From assembly GCA_001770175.1 (NCBI GenBank), contig MEQK01000052.1, positions 1 to 42,681 of the forward strand: a stretch of DNA of 42,681 nucleotides, given 5' to 3'. This DNA comes from Bdellovibrionales bacterium RIFOXYD1_FULL_55_31 (GTDB taxonomy: Bacteria; Bdellovibrionota; UBA1018). Both the position numbers and the translations under genes were made by a program. The notes under the pieces are model-generated. The model did no database searches and was not told the origin of the DNA. It was given only the letters and a program-made list of their open reading frames with translations. Positions 1 through 8,393 of this stretch are shown here, piece after piece (the stretch's first letter is position 1; each line of letters begins with the position of its first letter).

Positions 1-1
1 C

Positions 2-142
2 AAAAAGATCTACGAACTCGCGAACCCGCCCAAATGGTTCTGGGAGATCAAGGACGGGAACCATATCGACGCGATGACGTTGCATAACGGAACGTATCGC
101 GACAAGTTGCTTGAACTTCTCGACTCCTGGCCCTATCGCTGA
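2..142 (+). CDS. 3' end of an upstream gene running into the window; translates as KKIYELANPPKWFWEIKDGNHIDAMTLHNGTYRDKLLELLDSWPYR*. Possibly the C-terminus of an alpha/beta-hydrolase-type protein.
   Basis: Frame 2 is open from the window edge to a TGA at 140-142. It converges on, and overlaps by about 10 nt, the stop of the minus-strand protease gene. No diagnostic motif; product call is weak. Confidence 0.3.
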   Translation, partial: KKIYELANPPKWFWEIKDGNHIDAMTLHNGTYRDKLLELLDSWPYR

Positions 143-2292
143 CAGTTCTGTTTGCGCGAGGACTCCCGAAGGACATTGAAATAAAGACGGGCTTCCCTGA
201 AGGTATCGTCAAGGTCCTGCAAAGCGCGGTACTCCCGTTTATACGCGGGGGTAGTCCTGTACGCTTTCACCGTTCTGGTTTTCTCGTGCAGGGCACTGGC
301 GGCTTTCTTAAACTCCTCGGCGGTACTTTCAGCGCGCTCTCCGAATTCAAGCATGATTTGTCCGATCATAACGCAATCATCCAGGCGACGAAGTTCCGTG
401 ATCGTGTCCATGGCCGAGTCTTTCTCGGTCCAGCATTTCCCGACGATCTCGGCCGCTAACAGCAGTTGGTAATCGGCGGATTTCCCGGCTTTACGGTCCT
501 TTTCGTATTGTTCCCGCGCGCCGGAATGCTTCGCCAGACACTCCCGGGCTTTCCGCGCCTGGTAAATATTGAATGGCGGGTCGTTCGATTCGACCGGCGG
601 CAAAGGGTTCATGTAAAGATCCTCTTCACGCAAAGCGGGGGAATCCTCCTCTTTCGTGATCGCCGGGTCTGAATAGGCTTCGATATCAGGAAGAATACCG
701 ACGAGCTGCGGCGAGCGACCGCTCGGAAGCGTGTACACTCCTTCTGTTACAGCCATCATCAACATGGGATAGCCTTTAAATTGACCTTGAAACTGAAACG
801 AGCCTTTCCCGTACGATCTTTCACCCAGAATCAGCGCTCTCTCGTGTTCCTGAAGGGCTCCAGCAAGAATCTCCGAAGCACTCGCCGAAGAAGAGTTCAT
901 CAGCACAACGAGCGGCAGCCGGGTCAAAGGCTCTCCTGCGGTCGCCTCTTTGGTTTGGAGGCGGACAATTTCCTTTCCCGGATCCAGGAAAAGCGACGCG
1001 ATGCAAACCGCTTGCGAAGTACGTCCTCCACGATTTCCCCTGAGATCAAGAACGATGCCTTTCGGGTTCGACCGGAGGACGTTCTGGAGAGCTTGCCGCA
1101 CGACAGAACAACTTTCGCTCGCGAATTGCTGAAGGGAAACGTAGCCGACCCGAACTCCGTCTATCGTCATAGTCTTGTCGGCGGATAAACGTTGCACCAT
1201 CTTCTTTCGCTGAATATCGAAAGAATGCTCTTGTCCAGCCCTGAGGATGGTCACCTTTACCGACGAATCTTCCGGGCCGATAATCTTAGACCGTACCGCG
1301 TCAACAGTGAGCCCCCGAATCGGCTCTCCATCCACTTGAACTAATTCGTCGCCATCCTGGATTCCCGCTTGGGCCGCCTGTGAATTTCCATCCGGTTTAA
1401 TCGAGATACCTTGTGGCGAATCCTTTAGGATAACCCCGATTCCTGCAAATGAAGGGCTCCTAATTTGAACCTTGGGTGAAAGCGCAACATAGACATGCGG
1501 GTCTAACAGAATTCCGAAGTAGGCGTTCCATGCCGCGGCCGTGATTTCAGCTTCCCGGGACGGCGCGCTCCTCATCACGAAATGTTCGGAATGTTTCAAG
1601 ATCGATTCAAAATCGGCCTTCGGTCCCAGAAGCTCACGTTGTTTTGAAAGCGCTTCAAAAAGGGACTTCTGATACTTTCGATAAGCCTTTTCACTTCGAA
1701 GTAGGTCACGCTCCTTCACGGGAGACCACTTCGAAAGGACGAAAGGCGAAACCTCGACCGTGACACCCTGAAAATCGGTTCGATGACGTTCATAGTAGTC
1801 GCGTGGAACCCAGACCGCCAACGTGTCCCGGTAGCTCAGAATCGCGTTCATCGCCCAAAGGCACGCCTGAGATGCATTTGGATCAGTATTGCACTCCTTG
1901 TTTGAAATGACTTTTCGAAGGGACTCGAAAGTAAGCCCGGTGTCTCTCCATGCCTCCTCTTCGGACCCGTATTCCCTTGAGGCATTCGCGCCCGCGGCTA
2001 GCCGCGAGAGTGCGGGCAGGAACTGCCCCGCATTTTTCACCAGTCCCGCGTTCGAACCCGGGTCCCGGCACTCCCCGGTGCAAATCCGTCCTGAAGCGAA
2101 AGAATGCGATGAACCAAGCTGCGCAAGCAAAAGAAGGATCGTCAGAATCAAGGTGCCCTCGAGTTGTCTGATAAGTTTCAGTCCAGGATTCCTAAATACA
2201 GAATACCAGAAAGAACGCCGTTCGTCGTCTCGCACGGGGAATTCACGAGTAGTTGCCGATCCATTTCGTCGGGCGGGTCTCCCCCGACACAT
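133..2292 (-). CDS. ctp: Carboxy-terminal processing (tail-specific) protease, peptidase family S41 (Ctp/Prc), with a PDZ domain
   Basis: S41 hallmark motifs 'VLDLRGNRGG' and 'LVVLMNSSSASASEILAGAL' are present, plus a PDZ-like segment upstream. A hydrophobic signal-like stretch (LILTILLLLAQLGSSHSFA) lies about 45 aa into the ORF. The maximal ORF reaches 2394. The start is ambiguous: ATG at 2292 or TTG at 2151. Confidence 0.8.
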   Translation of the reverse strand: MCRGRPARRNGSATTREFPVRDDERRSFWYSVFRNPGLKLIRQLEGTLILTILLLLAQLGSSHSFASGRICTGECRDPGSNAGLVKNAGQFLPALSRLAAGANASREYGSEEEAWRDTGLTFESLRKVISNKECNTDPNASQACLWAMNAILSYRDTLAVWVPRDYYERHRTDFQGVTVEVSPFVLSKWSPVKERDLLRSEKAYRKYQKSLFEALSKQRELLGPKADFESILKHSEHFVMRSAPSREAEITAAAWNAYFGILLDPHVYVALSPKVQIRSPSFAGIGVILKDSPQGISIKPDGNSQAAQAGIQDGDELVQVDGEPIRGLTVDAVRSKIIGPEDSSVKVTILRAGQEHSFDIQRKKMVQRLSADKTMTIDGVRVGYVSLQQFASESCSVVRQALQNVLRSNPKGIVLDLRGNRGGRTSQAVCIASLFLDPGKEIVRLQTKEATAGEPLTRLPLVVLMNSSSASASEILAGALQEHERALILGERSYGKGSFQFQGQFKGYPMLMMAVTEGVYTLPSGRSPQLVGILPDIEAYSDPAITKEEDSPALREEDLYMNPLPPVESNDPPFNIYQARKARECLAKHSGAREQYEKDRKAGKSADYQLLLAAEIVGKCWTEKDSAMDTITELRRLDDCVMIGQIMLEFGERAESTAEEFKKAASALHEKTRTVKAYRTTPAYKREYRALQDLDDTFREARLYFNVLRESSRKQNCQR

Positions 2293-2445
2293 GCATGCAA
2301 GAGGGCGTGCAAGAGAGAGCGATTTCAAACAGTTGAAAGCCGGTTTGATCCCCCGTACAATGGATAGAGACGGAAAGATCACGTTTTTTCGCAATTTTTA
2401 GGTAAATTTCGGAACTAAACGGAGAACTTATACGGGGACTTTACC

Positions 2446-3519
2446 ATGAAGCTTAGTTGTACGTTGCGATCCGGGGCTTGGGGACTCTTGGTGAGCTTGA
2501 CACTGCTCGTGGCCTACGCCAACTCTTCTTCTGAACTCTCCGCTCCACCCGGCTCCGAACCCAAAGATTCCCCCAAAGATTTCTTCGAAACCAGTTGGCA
2601 GAACTTCACGACACGGCAACACAAACGTTACTCGAGCGAGGGTTCGGAACGTCTCGTTCGTTCCGGCTGCAACAGGATGAAATCAGAGGCCGGAGATGCC
2701 GCGGGCGCCTTTCTTCAGGGCGCGAATCAGGCGATCACAGGCCAGCACTTCCTGCAAACCCATGCCGTCCTGAATGCAAAACAATACAAAAAGCGCGCAT
2801 GCGGTGAATATGGCCGATCCTATTCCCGGAACGACAGTCTTTACGATTCCCTGTCGAGCTACATCACCCAATACAACATTGCAACGGATGTCGAGAATTC
2901 GATCGCGGAAGCCCGCTGGGTATTCGAGGATGCGGCAAACACGGATGCCAAGCTCTCGCAAATTTTCACGTCGGAAGATGAGAGGCTCAAAAACGCCTTT
3001 CCTCCCAACAAGCCGTACCGGCCGAAGCGCTTCGCCCTGAGCACGATCACCGCAAAAGTCGTTCCCACGGTTCTTTCAAAAGACCAGGGCATGTCGAGAT
3101 TACTTACCCAAGCAGAAGCCAACTACTACTGTTGCCTTCGTGGTTTCGAGGCCGGCGCTGATTTCCTGCAAGAGTCGCTCAAGAAGGCCGGAAATGACCA
3201 GCCAAAGGTGATGGAATGCAAAGACGAATTTGCGGTGGGGAAAAAGGTCGCACTCGATGCCTGCAAGGGCGTGTGCGACGACCCCGACAAGGAAAGAAAA
3301 GTGAAGAGCCGGCTCGGTTGCTTCTCGATCGGATATATTGAAACCGTCGCGGAATGTGAAAAGAGTTTCGAGCAGATGTGCCCAGCCGCTGGAATCGACA
3401 ACAGCGCATTGAATAGCGACAAAAATATTCGGGGCGGCTCCGAAGCTTCACAAAACGATTCCGGCGCGCAATTGGCTGACGAGGCGGATTCCTATTCCGA
3501 TGCCGCGGGGGGAGACTGA
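2446..3519 (+). CDS. Exported cysteine-rich protein (10 Cys) of unknown function
   Basis: ATG start with an N-terminal Sec signal peptide (MKLSCTLRSGAWGLLVSLTLLVAYANSS). No recognisable catalytic motif. First gene of a co-directional run ending at 7507. Confidence 0.55.
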   Translation: MKLSCTLRSGAWGLLVSLTLLVAYANSSSELSAPPGSEPKDSPKDFFETSWQNFTTRQHKRYSSEGSERLVRSGCNRMKSEAGDAAGAFLQGANQAITGQHFLQTHAVLNAKQYKKRACGEYGRSYSRNDSLYDSLSSYITQYNIATDVENSIAEARWVFEDAANTDAKLSQIFTSEDERLKNAFPPNKPYRPKRFALSTITAKVVPTVLSKDQGMSRLLTQAEANYYCCLRGFEAGADFLQESLKKAGNDQPKVMECKDEFAVGKKVALDACKGVCDDPDKERKVKSRLGCFSIGYIETVAECEKSFEQMCPAAGIDNSALNSDKNIRGGSEASQNDSGAQLADEADSYSDAAGGD

Positions 3520-3525
3520 TTCCCG

Positions 3526-5217
3526 GTGTTTCGAATGAACCGACCTTTCCACCTCCTGCCGCTGATCGTGTCCGTGAGTTTCGCGGCACTTCAGCCATCC
3601 GTCGGCAAAGCCGCATGCAACCCCGGCGAGAGATCCGCGCTCACGACGCACAACCTCGGCTCGTTCACGGAAGCCGCGACACTCCCCTACAATTCGGAGG
3701 TCTGCTTCCCGGAATCCTCGACCGAAGGCGAAGTCCGCGTGCGATCGGCCATGAATCCCGACCTGCAATTCACGGCGTCCCGAAGCCGGCTGGTCCCGTT
3801 CACCAGCGACCAGGAACGTGAAAAAATCAGCGCCGAAATCGAGCAGAGTTATAGCGGCGCATCCAGCGGCCCTACGGGGACCGGCACCGGTGAAAAGGCA
3901 GACTGCTTGAGAACGAATCACCCCGGCGGCCCGCCCGGTCCCGGTACGCAAGTACCGGCACCTCAACCGAGCGGAAGCCCCGCGACCGGGGACACGACGC
4001 CTTCAGCCGGAAGCGGATCCTCGGGATTGCCGGGTTTTGAAAACTCTCCCGTCTTAACGAATCCCGCCCAGGAACCCCGGTCAACGGGCGCAATTTTCGG
4101 GAACGGGGCCCCGACACGCGTCATGCCGGCGAACAACATCGGAGCAATTCAGGAAGCTGCCAATCTTGCGCAGAACGCCCATGGCAACGAACTCTCCGGA
4201 ACCGCAACGGCACAAAGAAGCGCCGCGAGCGCCGACATTCGGCACGATTATCAAACTCTCCAGGATACCTATCGCAGAATTCCAAAACAGGAGCTTGGCA
4301 ACCGCTTTCAACGCGCGCAACAGGAACTCGACCGGATGGCTGGGGATTTTCAGGCCTTCACTCAGGGTGGCCAAGGACAGGAGATCAGCCTGGCCGACCA
4401 GACCCAGTACCGCAACGCTATCCTGAATGCCCGGGATAAGGCACGGATCGCGAAAGAACTGCTGAATCTCGGCGAAGCTCAAGGGGGCGGTGCTGGCTCT
4501 GCCGACGGATCGAACCCGCTCGCCCAAACCAAAGACCTGGAAGAACTGTTTTCCAACGGAAGCGGGGCAACCGCTTCGGATTCACTCGCGGATCGGCTCC
4601 TGATGCTCGCCGGTCTTCCCGAAGATCTCCGGGCCAAGGTTTTTTCGAAACTGCGATTAAAAGACCGGCACACGCTCAAGCTGCCGGATGGACGCTCGAA
4701 GAAACTCGCCGTTCTGAGAAATGACAGCGGCCGTGAACAGAAGCAAGCCCTTGATTGCGCCAAATTCGTGGCCTCCGCGCTTTCAGCTGAATCACGAAAA
4801 TGGCAATTCACGACGCTCGACCTGAAATCGATCTGGTACAAAGCGCGGACCGGACGCCTTCCCGTTCCGCCGAAATGGGGTAAGGGTCGGGCTGAGTTAA
4901 TCGAGAAATTCGCCGACGGTTTCGTCCCCGTTGACCTGTACCTCGGAGAGCGACCAAAGGCGGGAGACCTTTTGGTCTATCGCGTTCCGGCCCATCCGGA
5001 AGGCAGAGTCTTTATCGTAAGGGAATACAACCCCGAAACCATGGTCGCCAAGGTGCTCGAGGCCAACAGCCAGGGCGCGCTCCAGACGCGGGAGGTTCCG
5101 CTTTCGTTCGATCCGCCACAGCTGGCGGTCAGGCTGGTTCGTCCCGGTTTCGTCGATCTGAGGCTCAAAGCAACCGACAATGCGGCCTGCAAGTATCGCG
5201 GAGGAGCTTCGCCATGA
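3526..5217 (+). CDS. Exported protein with a long Pro/Gly/Ser-rich low-complexity linker and a C-terminal ~150-aa domain carrying a candidate Cys…His dyad (possible papain-like NlpC/P60 or CHAP-type hydrolase)
   Basis: Signal peptide MNRPFHLLPLIVSVSFAALQPSVGKA. Start is GTG at 3526 or ATG at 3535. Low-complexity segment 'GPTGTGTGEKADCLRTNHPGGPPGPGTQVPAPQPSGSPATGDTTPSAGSGSSGLPG'. The C-terminal region has 'ALDCAKFVASAL' and then 'GDLLVYRVPAHPEGRVFIVRE' about 78 aa downstream. It begins 6 nt after the preceding gene. Confidence 0.5.
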   Translation: MFRMNRPFHLLPLIVSVSFAALQPSVGKAACNPGERSALTTHNLGSFTEAATLPYNSEVCFPESSTEGEVRVRSAMNPDLQFTASRSRLVPFTSDQEREKISAEIEQSYSGASSGPTGTGTGEKADCLRTNHPGGPPGPGTQVPAPQPSGSPATGDTTPSAGSGSSGLPGFENSPVLTNPAQEPRSTGAIFGNGAPTRVMPANNIGAIQEAANLAQNAHGNELSGTATAQRSAASADIRHDYQTLQDTYRRIPKQELGNRFQRAQQELDRMAGDFQAFTQGGQGQEISLADQTQYRNAILNARDKARIAKELLNLGEAQGGGAGSADGSNPLAQTKDLEELFSNGSGATASDSLADRLLMLAGLPEDLRAKVFSKLRLKDRHTLKLPDGRSKKLAVLRNDSGREQKQALDCAKFVASALSAESRKWQFTTLDLKSIWYKARTGRLPVPPKWGKGRAELIEKFADGFVPVDLYLGERPKAGDLLVYRVPAHPEGRVFIVREYNPETMVAKVLEANSQGALQTREVPLSFDPPQLAVRLVRPGFVDLRLKATDNAACKYRGGASP

Positions 5218-5777
5218 AGACGGCCTTCCTCCGAACAGTTTTTAGATCCTGCAGAGCGATCGCTCTCGGAATACTTGCCATTGCGAGCGTCAGCTCAGCG
5301 TTTCTGTTCGTCCTCAGCGAGGAAGCACAGATCGCGCAAAGCGGTGCGCCAACAGAGCACGAACGCCTCCGCTTCAGAAATACTTTTAAGAACCCCGAAG
5401 AAGTGATCAAATATTATTGCGGCCGGGATGCTTCCGGATTTGTCTGGTCGGGCCTCCTTGACGTCGAACGCCGCGCGTTCACGTTGTGGAAGGAACTTCC
5501 TCAGCATGATTCGTTCTTCATCGCGCAAAACTATGAAGTCCTTCCCGCGAAAGAAAAGGATAACGAGGCTCTGGTGGAAGTCCGGTACCTCCTATCTGGC
5601 ATCGGCGATGCGCACGGGACGGTCATGCCCCCCGCTCATCGCGAACACCGGGTCACCTTTCGCTTGAAAAAGGATCAGGGCGCCTGGAAGATCGCCCAGC
5701 CCGATGGCTCAACCATTGCACCCGTCGTACTTGCTTCAAAATTCCAATACGGCGAAGCGAATTCGCACACCCAGTAG
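5214..5777 (+). CDS. Small exported or membrane-anchored protein of unknown function
   Basis: Its ATG overlaps the upstream stop (ATGA). N-terminal hydrophobic segment AIALGILAIASVSSAFLFVL. No known motif. Confidence 0.5.
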   Translation: MKTAFLRTVFRSCRAIALGILAIASVSSAFLFVLSEEAQIAQSGAPTEHERLRFRNTFKNPEEVIKYYCGRDASGFVWSGLLDVERRAFTLWKELPQHDSFFIAQNYEVLPAKEKDNEALVEVRYLLSGIGDAHGTVMPPAHREHRVTFRLKKDQGAWKIAQPDGSTIAPVVLASKFQYGEANSHTQ

Positions 5778-5834
5778 CGATACGAGCCCGCTACCTCTTG
5801 TAAGTCGCCATAATTCCGATTATGAATTCACTTT

Positions 5835-6932
5835 ATGCTTAGAAAACCGTCAAAACTCATCCAACTTGGACTTGCAACAGCCTTGGCGCTCGGCCTCACC
5901 CATCAGACCGCTTCGTCAGCGCCAATTCCTCCACCGGATTTTCCTTCTCTTGTCGAAAAAACGCTCACAGGGGTCGTCAACGTTAGTTCGACAACGGTCA
6001 TCAATTATCGCGTTCACGGAATGGAGGATTTTCTCCTCTTCTGGGGTATCCCGCGCGAGCGGAAACAAACCTCTCTCGGGAGCGGTTTCCTGATCGACAA
6101 GGAGGGCTTCGTTCTGACCAATAACCACGTCGTCGAGCAAGCGGCCGAAGTGATGGTCACGCTCTACGACAAGCGTCAGTTCAAAGCCAAAATCGTGGGT
6201 AAAGACCAGAAAATGGATCTGGCTTTACTTCAGATCAGGGACAAGGAACGCCGTATTCCGGACAACCTCGTTCCGGTAGCGCTCGGTAATTCGGAGACGG
6301 TCCGAATCGCTGAAACCGTCTTTGCCGTTGGAAATCCCTTCGGCCTCCAGCACACCGTCACCGTTGGAATCATCAGCGCGAAAAACCGGACCATCGGACA
6401 GGGTCCTTTTGACAATTTTCTTCAAACCGACGCGTCCATCAACCCGGGCAACAGCGGCGGCCCTCTGTTCAACTCAAAAGGCGAGGTGGTCGGAATCAAC
6501 ACGGTTATTTTCTCCCGCTCAGGGCAAAGCGGTGGCCTCGGATTCGCCATTCCCGTCAATGAAGCGAAACAACTGCTTCCCGATCTGAAGAAATACGGAC
6601 GAGTTCCCCGACCCTGGCTCGGAATCATGGCCGAGCGCATGACGCCCCAACATCAAGTCTATTATCAACTGCCGATCGACCGAGGTGTGCTGATTTACAA
6701 CATTGTCGAAGGAGGACCGGCCGATGACGCCGAACTCCGCCAGGGCGATATCATCCTGTCGATTGACGGCACCGCGACAGAGGACCCGCACGAAGTCGAG
6801 CGTGCCTTGGTAAAACGCCGCCCGACGGACACGACAAAACTTTCAATTCGCCGCGGCCACAGAACCCTGCAAGTCACCGTGAAATTGCAGGAGCTCCCAC
6901 GGCTCGAAAACCTTCCTCAAGGAATCATCTGA
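5835..6932 (+). CDS. htrA: HtrA/DegP-family periplasmic serine endopeptidase (S1C) with one PDZ domain
   Basis: Signal peptide is present. Catalytic triad contexts: 'GFVLTNNHVVEQA' (His), 'DLALLQI' (Asp), 'GNSGGPLFN' (Ser). The C-terminal PDZ-like region has 'GVLIYNIVEGGPADDAELRQGDIILSIDG'. Confidence 0.9.
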   Translation: MLRKPSKLIQLGLATALALGLTHQTASSAPIPPPDFPSLVEKTLTGVVNVSSTTVINYRVHGMEDFLLFWGIPRERKQTSLGSGFLIDKEGFVLTNNHVVEQAAEVMVTLYDKRQFKAKIVGKDQKMDLALLQIRDKERRIPDNLVPVALGNSETVRIAETVFAVGNPFGLQHTVTVGIISAKNRTIGQGPFDNFLQTDASINPGNSGGPLFNSKGEVVGINTVIFSRSGQSGGLGFAIPVNEAKQLLPDLKKYGRVPRPWLGIMAERMTPQHQVYYQLPIDRGVLIYNIVEGGPADDAELRQGDIILSIDGTATEDPHEVERALVKRRPTDTTKLSIRRGHRTLQVTVKLQELPRLENLPQGII

Positions 6933-7507
6933 TGGAACGACGCAGACCCGATTTACTCAAGTCCAGCCCCCTGCCGGTCGATTACCTCCGAATGGTATCA
7001 GAGGTGTTTACCGCGAATTTCGATTCGCCACTCAAGAAGCTCAAGAAATTGGCAGGCGCCATGCCCGCATTTTCCGGACATGGCGAAATTTTTTCTCAAG
7101 AAATCGTTCTCGCCGTTTCCTTGAGCATCAAAGGGCATCTCGCGGCGACAACGGTCTATGCCAGCGTCGATTTTGACCCAAAAGCGAGTTCGCCGACGGT
7201 TGAAGAATTGCTCAGCGGATGCGTGGACGCGATCGGAACCGTCTTTAGCCAGCTTCTGCTCGAGGATCGCCTGAAGCCGCTCCTCGAAGAACCGCTTTCA
7301 GCTCTCGAAAACGTTCCATTCGAGTGGACGGCATTGGAAGTGGAACGGCGCCAGGTCTACATCAAGCTTGACCGCGCAAACCTGGACCTGGAGCGCCTGA
7401 CGGACGACTGGCTCGCCAAGCACGACCCGGAATTCAAGAAAAACCGAAAACTGGAAGAGGAAGCGGCCAAAGAGCTTTTTGTAACCGGGCCGAAGAGGAA
7501 AGGCTAG
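6932..7507 (+). CDS. Hypothetical protein, 191 aa, no signal peptide; start overlaps the htrA stop (TGATG)
   Basis: The ORF is translationally coupled to htrA. No motif I recognise. It ends in convergent 4-nt overlap with the histone-like gene. Confidence 0.45.
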   Translation: MERRRPDLLKSSPLPVDYLRMVSEVFTANFDSPLKKLKKLAGAMPAFSGHGEIFSQEIVLAVSLSIKGHLAATTVYASVDFDPKASSPTVEELLSGCVDAIGTVFSQLLLEDRLKPLLEEPLSALENVPFEWTALEVERRQVYIKLDRANLDLERLTDDWLAKHDPEFKKNRKLEEEAAKELFVTGPKRKG

Positions 7508-8295
7508 AAGCTTTCGCCTTCGTCTTCAAAATCCCGCTTGATGTTGTCGATCAGAGAATCGACATTCTCGCCCTCAACGTCAAAATCATCAACCGACTCA
7601 TCGAGATCCAAATCGTAAATGACCTTGGCGAAATCCTTGTCGTTCGCGAGATCCTGCCGAATCGCTTCGATGTACTTGTCGGGGTATTTTGCAACGAGTT
7701 CTTCGATGTACTGGTTGAGCTTCTTCTCTTTGAGAATCAGTTCCTTGCGTTTTACCTTTTTCCAATTCTTGATGTAGTGAAGCCTGCAGTATCCAGCAGC
7801 CGTCGCGAGCCCTTCGCATGCAACTTCGCGACAAACATCGCCGTTATCCAGTGCGCGAATGCCGGCCGATTCAGTCCGACCTTTTATGGAGTAAACCGCA
7901 GCTTTGCCTTTGGCGGCCTGAGGTGCGACCCCGGTCTTTACGTCGCGCCCCGCAGGAGCTTTCGAATTTTTCAAGGATTTTGGGGCGACTTCCGCCGAAC
8001 CCGCACGAGCTGCCCCGGGACCCGCCGAGGCGAGATTTTTCTTTGCGTCGACCTTCTTCGCGACCGCTACCGGTCGAGAAGCAGCTTTCTTGGCCGCCTT
8101 TTTCGGAGCTGGTTGAACGGCTTTCTTCTTTGTTTTTCCAAGGGCTTTACCAAGGAACGCCTGCTTCAGAATGGAGCCAAGCTTGGAACCGCTCTTCTTC
8201 TGCTTCGCTGCGCCGCTCGCCACCTTTCCTTTGGAAACGTGGGTAGGCTTGGAAGGCACTGCTTTCGCCGACTTTTTTTCTTTACGAATTCCCAT
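7504..8295 (-). CDS. Histone-H1-like Lys/Ala/Pro-rich nucleoid-associated protein with a putative Zn-binding segment (C-x4-C-x9-C-x2-H) and a highly acidic C-terminal tail
   Basis: The N-terminal ~150 aa are rich in K, A and P ('KKKAVQPAPKKAAKKAASRPVAVAKKVDAKK'), like bacterial H1-like proteins such as Hc1, AlgP and BpH1. This is followed by 'CREVACEGLATAAGYCRLH' and a tail 'DLDLDESVDDFDVEGENVDSLIDNIKRDFEDEGESF'. Confidence 0.6.
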   Translation of the reverse strand: MGIRKEKKSAKAVPSKPTHVSKGKVASGAAKQKKSGSKLGSILKQAFLGKALGKTKKKAVQPAPKKAAKKAASRPVAVAKKVDAKKNLASAGPGAARAGSAEVAPKSLKNSKAPAGRDVKTGVAPQAAKGKAAVYSIKGRTESAGIRALDNGDVCREVACEGLATAAGYCRLHYIKNWKKVKRKELILKEKKLNQYIEELVAKYPDKYIEAIRQDLANDKDFAKVIYDLDLDESVDDFDVEGENVDSLIDNIKRDFEDEGESF

Positions 8296-8393
8296 GAAAA
8301 TCTTTTACCTCATTTTGGGACCGGTGGGGAGCCTTAAGCTGCTGCTCGCCTGAACGCTAGACCGCGGAACCGGGATCGTGTTACCTTCGTTGG

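Noticed and set aside
4081-4841. 148-aa and 120-aa minus-strand ORFs
   Set aside because: They are antisense to the Pro/Gly-rich part of the exported protein 3526-5217. GC-rich repeats keep the frame open and there is no independent support.
7777-8337. 186-aa plus-strand ORF (also 7818-8246)
   Set aside because: It is antisense to the Lys/Ala-rich H1-like gene. Repetitive GCN/AAR codons keep the opposite frame open. It has no start context.
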